From NCBI GenBank assembly GCA_038212075.1, contig JBBQUV010000002.1, positions 7,343 to 71,342 of the forward strand: DNA of 64,000 nucleotides. Reading direction: 5' to 3'. Under the pieces are notes generated by a model that was given only the letters and a program-made list of their open reading frames with translations, did not search any database and had not been told where the DNA came from. Made by a program: the position numbers and the translations under genes. This DNA is from Minisyncoccia bacterium. Its GTDB lineage: Bacteria; Patescibacteriota; Minisyncoccia; Phycocordibacterales; Phycocordibacteraceae. Shown piece by piece: positions 26,937-36,064 of this stretch (positions are counted from its first letter, which is position 1; each line of letters opens with the position of its first letter).

Positions 26937-28388
26937 TTAGTGCAGGATCGTACTGCACGATGTGGCAATGTTTTTCATTTGCGTATAGAGCGACGGGGCA
27001 GAATTGTCTTTGGTATCTTGGGACTCAGTCTCTGCATAAGCTAGGTCAGTAGCGGAAGGCATAGAAGGGTCATGGAGCGCATTTTGAAATTCTATTCCTA
27101 CATCCGCAGTTTTTGTAGCATCAGATCCGGCGGCAGTGGCGTCCGTCTGGACTTTTTGTAAAAGGCTAAGAGCAGTTGTTGCTTTAGTGAGCGCCGCGCC
27201 AGCATCGCTCAGTGTTTTTGTTACGAGCGCGGTATTTTGGTCATTTGCTCCAGTCACACAACTGGTAAGTGCTGTTTGTGCGGTCTTTGCTATCGACTGA
27301 ATCGTCTGCCAATTTGTTTGAAACTGCGTTATGTCTTTTGTTTGAGACGCAATAGCATCGCTTACATTTCCGGAAATATTTCCTGCGGCACCGTTGTACT
27401 GAGAGGGGTCGGTTGCCTTATCGATAAACCCGTTACCGCCCGAAGAAACGGAAGAAACACCAGAGAGCCCACTGCCACCAAGTACATTACTGGTAAGTTG
27501 AGACATAAGCGCACTTACTATTTCGTTAAATTCGTCTGCCGTCACAAGAGTGTCCCCTGTAAGACCAAGTGTTTTGTTTATCTGTGATTGAATCACGGAT
27601 CCGGGTGTTTGGACGGGGCCACATCCAGAGCCAGAGGTGTCACGTGCGCCGAGTTGTACTGTGGCCTCGGAACCCGAGGAACCGCCACTCGGGCAATTGC
27701 GCCACGAAAGGAATCCATTGCCCCAATCGAGCTCGGTCTTTTGAACGGTTTTTGCCGTTTCAGTTTGATTCGATAGCTCCTCCTGGCCAAGACGCTGAGC
27801 GCCCAACGGATTGTTTTCCGGATTTGCAACAGCAGAAAAGAATGCGCTAATACCACCCTTAGAAAAATCGCCACCAAGAAACGCCGTATCGTCAGGAGTT
27901 ACTTTATTTAATGTGTAGGGGTGTGATTGGGTAAACGAATCTTTACTGGTTGAAAGATAGTATTTGCTCCCTACGCTTTGGGCAATTTGGCTTTGAAATG
28001 GCGAACGAAGCGCGGGGTCGCTTGCGAGTTTGGCGAGGAAACTACCTGCAACACGGTCGCTCACTTGCTGAAGGGTGCTGGTAAGGTCGGTTACGAAGGC
28101 CGGCGAGCCTTGGAATCCAGAATTAATCCAATTCACCATACTTTTGGTCATCGTTTGGATAGCCATTTTGCTCACCATCCACGCAAGAGGGTCAAGGGCG
28201 AACTCTTTATTATTCGTCGCAAATTGGAGCGCCTTCGTGGCGATCGCGATGATATGGGTAGCCCCTGTTTGAATTTCGGTTACGATATCTTCAACCGGGT
28301 ACGCATATGCCGGTTTTGGGATGCTCCAGAATGAACCGCTAAGGAGCAAAAGTGCGATGAGCGCAGATGCGAGTGATCGTTTTTTCAT
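26937..28388 (-). CDS. Secreted hypothetical protein (signal peptide; Ser/Thr/Gly-rich).
   Basis: N-terminus MKKRSLASALIALLLLSGSFWSIPKPAYA. T4SS island member. Confidence 0.4.
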   Translation of the reverse strand: MKKRSLASALIALLLLSGSFWSIPKPAYAYPVEDIVTEIQTGATHIIAIATKALQFATNNKEFALDPLAWMVSKMAIQTMTKSMVNWINSGFQGSPAFVTDLTSTLQQVSDRVAGSFLAKLASDPALRSPFQSQIAQSVGSKYYLSTSKDSFTQSHPYTLNKVTPDDTAFLGGDFSKGGISAFFSAVANPENNPLGAQRLGQEELSNQTETAKTVQKTELDWGNGFLSWRNCPSGGSSGSEATVQLGARDTSGSGCGPVQTPGSVIQSQINKTLGLTGDTLVTADEFNEIVSALMSQLTSNVLGGSGLSGVSSVSSGGNGFIDKATDPSQYNGAAGNISGNVSDAIASQTKDITQFQTNWQTIQSIAKTAQTALTSCVTGANDQNTALVTKTLSDAGAALTKATTALSLLQKVQTDATAAGSDATKTADVGIEFQNALHDPSMPSATDLAYAETESQDTKDNSAPSLYTQMKNIATSCSTILH

Positions 28389-29401
28389 GGTGTTGTGGAA
28401 GTGGCTTCGGAGAGAGCTGTCGCTGTTTTATAGAAGCCGTAGCCAGGTTCGCTTGGCTGGAACATGACTCCCCCCTCGGTAAATAGATGGCCTACAGAGA
28501 TGATAGTTTTCGTAAAGTTTGCAGAGTCTTTGTCTGCAGAACCAAGTCCAAGCATCCCGCGGATAGGATCGGTATCGATTGACGCCAAGTCTCCCACTGT
28601 TGCACCAAAACGAGCCGTCGCATTCACCAGCGCAAGGTGAGCTTGTGCCATTTCTTGGGGAACGGAGACAGCAACAAGTGCCTTAGCAGTATCAAGGTAA
28701 GACGTTGAAATTGTCTTCAGGTGTGCGATCGCTGTTTTGTCATTTCGCTCTACCGCGTCGGCAAAATACACGTCTGCATGGTAAGGCACGTTTGCGCGGT
28801 GTTGTTTAAATGCCTGTTCTACTTGTATAGCGTATGACTTTAGTGCAGTACTTCCCGTACCCGATACCTTTATTTGTGATGCAGAAAACGCGTCTATTTG
28901 TGTACGTGTTTTAAGAAGGTCACCAATGGCTCCCTGCACAAAGGTTTGCATCTGGGCGGCAGTTGGTTTGGTATCGCCGCGACTCACAACGTAGTTGTTG
29001 AAGAAGAGTTTAGAAAACTGGTCGGTAAGTGAACCGGGCGTCGCGTTGTTTCCCGGAATGTCGCTTGCAACTATTCCCGGCGTTGTTGTCGCGGTCGTAG
29101 CGACCCCGCCGTAGTGAGCGGTGGCAAGCCCTTTAGCTACCGCGTCGCCATCGGTTAGGTCAGCACGAACGGAATGTGCATTGTTTGGGTCTGTCCCATA
29201 TAACGCTTCTTCCCAGTCAGGGAGCCCATCGCTGTCAGAGTCTTTGGCGGCATACGCTTTCAGAAGATTATCGGTAGAACCGGCGTTCACCAATGTCGTA
29301 CTACCTGTATGACCGGAAAGAATGTATGCACCAACGATGATTACTATCGCAATGAGTAGCGATGCAGAGAGAATCGTTTTTCGTGAGTCAAGAAAAGCCA
29401 C
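28385..29401 (-). CDS. Membrane-anchored hypothetical protein with an acidic Ca-binding-like motif (DSDSDGLPDWEE). It may be a VirB8-like bitopic protein.
   Basis: N-terminal TM helix plus an extracytoplasmic domain. First gene of the island. Confidence 0.35.
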   Translation of the reverse strand: MAFLDSRKTILSASLLIAIVIIVGAYILSGHTGSTTLVNAGSTDNLLKAYAAKDSDSDGLPDWEEALYGTDPNNAHSVRADLTDGDAVAKGLATAHYGGVATTATTTPGIVASDIPGNNATPGSLTDQFSKLFFNNYVVSRGDTKPTAAQMQTFVQGAIGDLLKTRTQIDAFSASQIKVSGTGSTALKSYAIQVEQAFKQHRANVPYHADVYFADAVERNDKTAIAHLKTISTSYLDTAKALVAVSVPQEMAQAHLALVNATARFGATVGDLASIDTDPIRGMLGLGSADKDSANFTKTIISVGHLFTEGGVMFQPSEPGYGFYKTATALSEATSTTP

Positions 29402-29467
29402 AGCAGTACATAAATAGTATCACGCACGCGTGCTTCCCCACCCACGTGGTATGCGCCAAGATGTGTA

Positions 29468-30256
29468 TTAATCGACCGCACTCAGGTTCTGCACCAGATT
29501 CTGCCAGACAGAGAGCGAAAGATCCTCCGCGCGCGCCTTTGGCGGTATGTTCGAAGCAGTATATGCCTTACTAATAGTCTCTTTTTTTGCCACCGCGGTT
29601 AGGTTTCCTGCAAGAAGCTTCCGTTTGTGAGCAAACCCAGCTCGTAGGATTTCAAAAAACCGCGTTTCTTCTTGTTCATTTTTAAACGGCATATGAATAC
29701 CCGTGATGGTGAGCACTGCAGAGTCAACAGAGGGCGCCGGCACAAACGCACCGCGCGGAACGGTGAAAAGATATGCGGGGACACCGTATGTTTTTACGGC
29801 GATGGAAAGCAAGCTTTCTTTTTTTGATCGCGCAATGCGCTCTGCAACTTCTTTTTGCACGAGTATGGTTATGGATGTCGGTTTGTTTTTTGTTGTCAAA
29901 AAGGTACGGATGATTTCACCCGTAATGTAATACGGAATGTTTGCAACAAGCGCATACGGGCGAGTGATTGATGCGGTATCAAATGTGCGAACGTCACCTA
30001 CAATAAGCGTTAATTTCTTTTCAGAAATGTCCGATGCAAATGTTTCGGTCAATTTTTCCGCTAATGCTTTGTCAGTTTCAATGGCAACCACATGCGTTGC
30101 ACGTGCAAGAAGTGGTTTCGTAAGCATGCCGGTGCCGGGACCAATCTCAAGTACGGTTTGGTTTTCAATGTGCGCGCCGTCCGCAATGCGTTCAGCGGTG
30201 CGCGCATGCATGAGAAAATTTTGCCCCAGTGATTTTTTTGCGCGGATATTAGACAT
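29468..30256 (-). CDS. rsmA: 16S rRNA (adenine1518/1519-N6)-dimethyltransferase RsmA/KsgA.
   Basis: SLGQNFLMHARTAERIADGA...VLEIGPGTGMLT is the KsgA SAM-binding signature. The start is most likely MSNIRAKK, which overlaps the helicase stop. Confidence 0.85.
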   Translation of the reverse strand: MSNIRAKKSLGQNFLMHARTAERIADGAHIENQTVLEIGPGTGMLTKPLLARATHVVAIETDKALAEKLTETFASDISEKKLTLIVGDVRTFDTASITRPYALVANIPYYITGEIIRTFLTTKNKPTSITILVQKEVAERIARSKKESLLSIAVKTYGVPAYLFTVPRGAFVPAPSVDSAVLTITGIHMPFKNEQEETRFFEILRAGFAHKRKLLAGNLTAVAKKETISKAYTASNIPPKARAEDLSLSVWQNLVQNLSAVD

Positions 30257-32174
30257 AAATTTCTGGAAGACCATCGGTCTCCCCTTCTGATAGTACGACA
30301 AGCCCAGCATCAATATCGCGAATGAATGAAGATGGTTCTGAAAAGAAATCAGTTCCGTAAATGCGTCGCACGCTCGCTAAGGTGAGAATAAGGTGTTTTT
30401 TTGCACGCGTAACAGCAACGTAAAATAGTCGGCGCTCTTCTTCTTCGTCACGCTTTTCGTCATTCATTCCCTGATGCGGAAACAATCCTTCTTCCATTCC
30501 CGAAACAAATACCGTATCAAATTCCAACCCTTTCGCCGCGTGCACCGTCATAAGGGTTACGCCGCGCGTTTCTTTTTTTCTATCAAGCTCATCTTGATCG
30601 CTCGCGAGTGCAACGTCTGCAAGAAACAGGGAAAGCCCTTCGTACCCCATTTGTTCATCGTAGCGCGAGGCGAATGTAGCAAGCTCCTTCACGTTCTCCA
30701 GACGTTCCGCGTCATCTTCGCCACCTTTCTTGAGGGCTTCAGCGAGGCCGCTTTTTTCAATAACAAGGCGTACAAACGCCGATGGCGCGAGTGTTGTGGC
30801 CGCTCCACCAAGTGAGGCGATAAGCGCTTCAAATGCTTCAACCTTTGCGTTCTCTCCGGCGCGCAACTCTTCACGTTTGCCGGCAACAAGTTTTCCAAGG
30901 GTGGTTTTTCCAATACCGCGTGGGGGTGCCATCACTGCGCGCATACGGTCGGCTTCGCGTGTCGGTTCAAGAGTAAGGCGTATCCACGCAAGCACATCCT
31001 TCACTTCTTTTCGGTCAAAAAAGCGTGTACCAAGCAAACGGTACGGAATGCCTTCACGTAAAAATCCTTCTTCAAGCGCGCGCGATTGAAAATTCGTGCG
31101 AAATAAAATGGCAATGCTTTCTGGCACTGTTCCTTGCGCAATACGTTTGCGGGCTTCACGTGCAATCCATCGCGCTTCGTCTTCTGCAGTACGCGCGATG
31201 TGCATATGAATGGGTTCACCTTCAGCGTTTTTTGTCGTAGAGCGTTTTTCTTTTCGGTTGCGATTTTTTTCAATGATTTGATTTCCTGCAGACACAATGG
31301 TTTGTGTGGAACGATAATTTTCTTCAAGCACCACTGTTTTTGCATTGGGATATGTGGTGTCAAAGGCAAGAAGGTTGTCAATCGTTGCGCCACGCCATGT
31401 GTAAATCGTTTGGTCGATATCGCCAACGACAAACAAATTTTTGTGACGTGCGGATAAAAGTGCCGCAAGTCTTCCCTGAAGTTCATTGGTGTCTTGGTAT
31501 TCATCAATGTGCACATATTCCCAACGTGCGGCCGCCGCGTCGCGTATCTCTGCATGTTCTTCAAGCAAGCGAACGGGAAGCGAAATCAAATCGTCAAAAT
31601 CAAGCGCTTTCTCTTTTTTTAAAGTTGCATCGTAGCGTACCCATGCGTCAGCGACTATCCGCGAACGAAAACTTTCACGTGAGTGTTTTTCAAAAAATTC
31701 TGCCGCAGTACTGCCGTCACCTTTTGCTTTTGAAATGCGCGCCAGAATAGCGCGTGGCGGTGTTTCTTTCGGGTCAACGTCAAGGGCTTTTAATGCTTCT
31801 TTTATTACCCGTTCAGAATCGTCGCGATCAAAAATAGTGAAGAACCGCGGTATGCCAATGACGTGTCCATAGGTTTGAAGCAGTTCTCGCCCCAGTCCGT
31901 GGAACGTGGCGACAAAAGGTAGTTCCCCGCTTGCTTGCCCCTCTCCCTTGGAAAGCATGGTTTCTATACGCTCACGCATTTCTCGCGCGGCTTTATTGGT
32001 GAAAGTAACCGCAAGAATACGGTGCGCGGGCGTCCCCTCTCTTATTAAGTGATAGATACGGGTAGTGAGTACTCTTGTTTTACCCGCACCTGCTCCAGCA
32101 AGAACCGAAATAGGACCTTGGGTGGTAAGGACGGCTTCTTTTTGTCGCTCGTTAAGGCCTTCCAAGTACTGCAT
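30249..32174 (-). CDS. UvrD/PcrA/Rep-family ATP-dependent DNA helicase.
   Basis: 641 aa. Motif I GAGAGKTRVLTTR, plus UvrD-like helicase motifs II-VI. Confidence 0.85.
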   Translation of the reverse strand: MQYLEGLNERQKEAVLTTQGPISVLAGAGAGKTRVLTTRIYHLIREGTPAHRILAVTFTNKAAREMRERIETMLSKGEGQASGELPFVATFHGLGRELLQTYGHVIGIPRFFTIFDRDDSERVIKEALKALDVDPKETPPRAILARISKAKGDGSTAAEFFEKHSRESFRSRIVADAWVRYDATLKKEKALDFDDLISLPVRLLEEHAEIRDAAAARWEYVHIDEYQDTNELQGRLAALLSARHKNLFVVGDIDQTIYTWRGATIDNLLAFDTTYPNAKTVVLEENYRSTQTIVSAGNQIIEKNRNRKEKRSTTKNAEGEPIHMHIARTAEDEARWIAREARKRIAQGTVPESIAILFRTNFQSRALEEGFLREGIPYRLLGTRFFDRKEVKDVLAWIRLTLEPTREADRMRAVMAPPRGIGKTTLGKLVAGKREELRAGENAKVEAFEALIASLGGAATTLAPSAFVRLVIEKSGLAEALKKGGEDDAERLENVKELATFASRYDEQMGYEGLSLFLADVALASDQDELDRKKETRGVTLMTVHAAKGLEFDTVFVSGMEEGLFPHQGMNDEKRDEEEERRLFYVAVTRAKKHLILTLASVRRIYGTDFFSEPSSFIRDIDAGLVVLSEGETDGLPEIYV

Positions 32175-32423
32175 ATACGTTACTATACTTCCTTAAGGCA
32201 CTAATTAAAAAAACCAAGTAAATACAGGGTATTTTTCATCCTTATTTGTTCTCCACAGCTTCATTTTCTCTTCATTGACCACGTTCTGGGTTCGGGATAG
32301 ACTGGGCGGACTGACTGAAATGAATGCATGAAAGAAATGGCTTAGGTAAGCCGTTTTTGTACCCTCTGACACGCTGAAAACCACCACCTACTTATCTTAT
32401 TTGAACCAAAAAAGACTGGCCTC

Positions 32424-33533
32424 GTGAATGTTCACCAGGGTCAAAAGAGATATGCCATCCTCGCGGCCGCGGTTGCCCTAGGCATCGTGGCTTTTGCCGT
32501 ACCTACCAAGGCTAAGGCGTTTTCCTTTTTTGATTGGCTCACTCCTTCTGCACAGGCAGGTTCGAATGCTGTAGTGCCTGACGCCACACTTCCTATACTC
32601 AATTCCGCGGTAAATACTGACCCGAACCCCAACAAGGGTCAGCGCGGTCTCGCCCTTACTGAAAGTTCCGCACTTATTTCTGAAGCGGGACCTAATGGAA
32701 CCCCGGTGGATGCAGACACTACACCAACCGGCAGTACTATTTCTTTGTATGTTGTACGTGCTGGAGATACTCTCTCTGAAATCGCCTCATTGTTTGGTAT
32801 TTCGGCAAGCACAGTGCTTTGGGCAAACAATTTGGCAAGCGCGAAAGATATTCATCCGGGCGACACCCTTCTCATTCTCCCTGTTTCCGGTATTCAACAC
32901 ACTATTAAAAAGGGAGAAACCATTGCGACCATTGCTACAACGTACGGCGGCGACGCATCCGACATCGCTTCTTTTAACGGCCTTGATTCTGCAAAAGGAC
33001 TCGCGGTTGGCACTACGATTATTATTCCGGGCGGTGAAGCAGTTTCCGCCCCGACAGTACAAACAAAACCAGTTCAAACTATTGCCTCGTCTGTTTCAAG
33101 TGTGGCAAGTTCTATTACACGGAGTCTTGCGCGTACGAGTGGTCCTGCGCTTTTTGGATACTACAGCAACCCTGTTCCAGGTGGCATTATCACGCAAGGT
33201 ATTCATCCAACAAATGGGGTTGATATTGGTGCTCGCTCCGGCGCACCTATTTATGCGGCCGCTGACGGAAAAATAATTGTATCGCGCACAAGCGGGTGGA
33301 ACGGTGGATACGGTAACTACGTGGTTATTAAGCACGCAAATGGTACGCAAACCCTCTATGCGCATATGAGCAAAAATGTTTCAGCGCTTGGTTCTATGGT
33401 GGAAAAAGGTGAGCTCATTGGATATGTTGGTGCAAGCGGAAATGCGACTGGCCCGCATCTTCACTTTGAAGTACGTGGTGCACAGAACCCTTTTGCACAC
33501 TGCGCTGTGCTTTCCATCTGTCGCCCCCAGTAG
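32424..33533 (+). CDS. LysM-domain M23-family peptidoglycan endopeptidase.
   Basis: Signal peptide, LysM (YVVRAGDTLSEIASLFGISASTVLWANNL), and an M23 domain with HxxxD and HLHFE motifs (GVDIGA...GPHLHFEV). Confidence 0.85.
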   Translation: MNVHQGQKRYAILAAAVALGIVAFAVPTKAKAFSFFDWLTPSAQAGSNAVVPDATLPILNSAVNTDPNPNKGQRGLALTESSALISEAGPNGTPVDADTTPTGSTISLYVVRAGDTLSEIASLFGISASTVLWANNLASAKDIHPGDTLLILPVSGIQHTIKKGETIATIATTYGGDASDIASFNGLDSAKGLAVGTTIIIPGGEAVSAPTVQTKPVQTIASSVSSVASSITRSLARTSGPALFGYYSNPVPGGIITQGIHPTNGVDIGARSGAPIYAAADGKIIVSRTSGWNGGYGNYVVIKHANGTQTLYAHMSKNVSALGSMVEKGELIGYVGASGNATGPHLHFEVRGAQNPFAHCAVLSICRPQ

Positions 33534-33605
33534 TTTGACGACCTAAGGTGCCTGTGGTAGTTTGATGAAACGCCGCGATGTCGCGGCGTTTGACGTGAAA
33601 AACCT

Positions 33606-33983
33606 TTGGAGGTTACCTTGAAACTTCATACCGTTCTTATGAGCAGCATCGCTGCCCTTACCTATCCGCCGTCCGAAGCCGTCGCCGCCAAGACGTTGAT
33701 CCAGGTCCAGACGCTCGAACCGTTCGCTCGCGCGACGCCGTTCAAGCACAAGACCGAAGTCACCGACGTTCTCGACACGGCGATCGGCGCGGCCACGCAG
33801 GGCTACGGCACCAAACGCAGCGACACCAAGTCTGGTGTGCTGAAGATGCTGAAGACCATGCGCGCCGACGTCCAGGCGGTGAAGGAAGACAACGACACGG
33901 TGGCCGCCCAAACCAACGGCGCCGGCGCGGCAATCGATCGTGCGCGGCACGCTGGCGACGACGGACGTCGCACGGCGCTCTAG
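33606..33983 (+). CDS. Hypothetical small protein inside a high-GC island whose codon usage looks foreign.
   Basis: The ORF begins with TTG, and a GGAGG motif precedes a second in-frame TTG at about 33618. GC3 is far above the rest of the window. A strong intrinsic terminator lies immediately downstream on the same strand. The overlapping minus-strand ORF 33543..33950 reads as a high-GC shadow. Confidence 0.4.
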   Translation: MEVTLKLHTVLMSSIAALTYPPSEAVAAKTLIQVQTLEPFARATPFKHKTEVTDVLDTAIGAATQGYGTKRSDTKSGVLKMLKTMRADVQAVKEDNDTVAAQTNGAGAAIDRARHAGDDGRRTAL

Positions 33984-34012
33984 CGCAAGAAGATCTCCAT
34001 TTGGAGACGACA

Positions 34013-34052
34013 GTGGCCGGAGGGATAAAATCCTCCGGCCACTTTTCTTTTT
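34013..34052 (+). terminator. Rho-independent terminator (GTGGCCGGAGG-GATAAAA-CCTCCGGCCAC plus TTTTCTTTTT).
   Basis: 11-bp GC-rich stem followed by a U-tract, directly after the high-GC ORF. Confidence 0.65.
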
Positions 34053-34054
34053 AT

Positions 34055-35617
34055 TTACTCAAATCCAAATAACCCGCGTGGGCGGTACTGAAGCGCTTCG
34101 TGAATGTGCGCGGGCAAGACCTTTTCACTATTTCCTAAATCAGCAATAGTTCGCGCAACGCGCATGACGCGATGATACGCACGTGGAGACAAATCCAAAC
34201 GGTTTGCGGCAGACAGGAGTGTCGTTTTTGCTTCATCGGTAAACTCTGCGCGTTCATCAAGTTCTTTTCCGGAAAGTCGTGCATTTACCGCGCCCTTCTT
34301 CCCTGCTCGTTTCTCTGCACGCCCTCGTGCACTAGTCACGCGTTCTCGAACACGTTCTGATTTTTCTCCCGTAGAAAGTTTTGCAAGCGATTCGTGTGGA
34401 ATGTGTGCAACCTCTACCCATAAATCTAAACGGTCAACGATAGGGCGTGAAATTTTTCGCGCTTGTTTAAGCGCCGCACGCACGGCGACTTCCGCGTCTG
34501 CGCTCAGTGTGTTTGCCGGGTTCATTGCGGCAACAATCATGCAGTCAGCAGGAAAGGTAATGGTTGCTTTGGCGCGAGATACGGTAACCGCACGGTCTTC
34601 AAGCGGTTGCCGCAGTGCCTCAAGCACCCTTGATTCAAATTCAACAAATTCATCAAGAAACAGCACTCCTTTATGTGCCAAGGTTACCTCACCCGCTTTT
34701 GGGTAGGCGCCACCACCCACAATCGCCGTGTGCGAAGTGGTGTGGTGCGGCGCACGAAACGGTGGCCAGAACACTGCCTCACCTTCTTGGAGCGTTCCAG
34801 CAGTTGAGTGAATGGCAGTAACCTCAAGTACTTCGTCCGGCGTGAGCGGCGGTAAAATACCAGAAAGCGCACGCGCAAGCATCGTTTTTCCTGTTCCAGG
34901 TGGGCCATAGAGCACTATGTTATGTCGTCCTGCCGCGGCAATTTCAAGCGCACGTTTCGCACTTTCCTGTCCTTTTACTTCACCCAGATCAATAGTGGGT
35001 ATCGGGATACTGGTGCGTTTTTGTGCAATGACTTTTGGTAACATTTTCTCACCCTTCAAATGAAGCGCAAGCTCTTCAAGTGTTTTTGGTGCGTACACGG
35101 TCATTCCTTCGGCAAGAAGCGCCTCGCGTGTATTTCCAAGTGGTACGTATACGGTGATGATGTTGGCACGCTTTGCGGCAAGTACTTGTGGAAGAATGCC
35201 ACGCACACTGCGTAGTGTCCCATCAAGAGCAAGCTCACCAGCAAAGAGCGCGGGTGTTTTTTGTTCGGGTAGGTCGCCTGCCGCAATTAAATAACACAAC
35301 GCGAGTGGAACATCGTAATGGGAACCCTCTTTTTTCAAATCTGCTGGCGACAGTGAAAGAATGATGCGTTTGTTTTGCGTCTTTGGCGATTTAAACCCCG
35401 AGTGACGAATGGCGGCGCTAATGCGGTCGCGCGATTCTTCAACCGCTTTATCTGGAAGTCCGACGACGGAAAAAGAGTGAAGTCCACGCGTGAGATCGGC
35501 CTCTATGGTAACGAGTTCAGCGTTTGCGCCGACCGGCTGAGCGGCGCTAAGTTTTGCATAGCCGCGACTTTCGTCTTTCTTTTTCTTCACTGGTGCAAGC
35601 GGTTTTTGTTCAGTCAC
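34055..35617 (-). CDS. comM: YifB/ComM-family Mg-chelatase-like AAA+ ATPase (competence protein ComM).
   Basis: 520 aa, with an N-terminal Lon-protease-like domain and an AAA+ module ([13 protein letters not shown]). Confidence 0.85.
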   Translation of the reverse strand: MTEQKPLAPVKKKKDESRGYAKLSAAQPVGANAELVTIEADLTRGLHSFSVVGLPDKAVEESRDRISAAIRHSGFKSPKTQNKRIILSLSPADLKKEGSHYDVPLALCYLIAAGDLPEQKTPALFAGELALDGTLRSVRGILPQVLAAKRANIITVYVPLGNTREALLAEGMTVYAPKTLEELALHLKGEKMLPKVIAQKRTSIPIPTIDLGEVKGQESAKRALEIAAAGRHNIVLYGPPGTGKTMLARALSGILPPLTPDEVLEVTAIHSTAGTLQEGEAVFWPPFRAPHHTTSHTAIVGGGAYPKAGEVTLAHKGVLFLDEFVEFESRVLEALRQPLEDRAVTVSRAKATITFPADCMIVAAMNPANTLSADAEVAVRAALKQARKISRPIVDRLDLWVEVAHIPHESLAKLSTGEKSERVRERVTSARGRAEKRAGKKGAVNARLSGKELDERAEFTDEAKTTLLSAANRLDLSPRAYHRVMRVARTIADLGNSEKVLPAHIHEALQYRPRGLFGFE

Positions 35618-35635
35618 TCGGATATTCTACGGTAT

Positions 35636-35670
35636 AAAAATACGCACCCGCGCGAGCGGGTGCGTATTTT
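35636..35670 (-). terminator. Hairpin terminator (AAAATACGCACCCGC-GCGA-GCGGGTGCGTATTTT) downstream of the dksA-like gene.
   Basis: 15-bp stem flanked by A and T runs. Confidence 0.55.
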
Positions 35671-35680
35671 GGAACAGCGG

Positions 35681-36028
35681 TTACATATGTGCCTTACAGG
35701 TACGCGCGGCAGGATCAGCATTCAAACGATCAGTTTCAATTGCTTCACCCGATACTTCGCATGTGCCGTACGTTCCTTTTTCTATACGCGCGAGTGCAGA
35801 AAGCACATCGTTGTAGCGAATTTCCAAATCTTTAAGGATGGCAGTGTTTTCTTCGTACCCTTCAATTTTATCGGCAACATCGTTTGGGTCAGGTTCCGGT
35901 TCCGTTTCTTGCGGCACCGCTTCCCAATCGTTTGGATTAGAAGGATTACGTCGCCCAATACTACTGAGCTCACTTTCTAGTTTTATTTTTTCAGCTTCAA
36001 GCAGATGCTGATACGTATCGGTATTCAT
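35681..36028 (-). CDS. DksA/TraR-family C4 zinc-finger protein.
   Basis: C-terminal CEVSGEAIETDRLNADPAARTCKAH is the DksA/TraR Cys4 finger. The likely start is MNTDTYQ (ATG about 36028). Confidence 0.7.
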   Translation of the reverse strand: MNTDTYQHLLEAEKIKLESELSSIGRRNPSNPNDWEAVPQETEPEPDPNDVADKIEGYEENTAILKDLEIRYNDVLSALARIEKGTYGTCEVSGEAIETDRLNADPAARTCKAHM

Positions 36029-36064
36029 GCGCGCATCGTAGCACTCGCCGCCCAAAGGAAGCAA

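Noticed and set aside
32175-32423. c-di-AMP (ydaO) riboswitch upstream of the LysM/M23 peptidase gene.
   Set aside because: Cell-wall hydrolase genes often carry this riboswitch. The conserved ydaO elements (GGGGUGAAUC, ACGGGGAGUA, CCGAACC) are absent from the 250-nt leader. I see only a plausible TTGACC-17-TAGACT promoter and a small 6-bp hairpin.
33543-33950. Minus-strand 135-aa ORF in the high-GC island.
   Set aside because: Its composition (Arg/Gly/Ala-rich, few stops) is typical of the antisense frame of a high-GC gene. The plus-strand ORF has an RBS and a downstream intrinsic terminator on its own strand.
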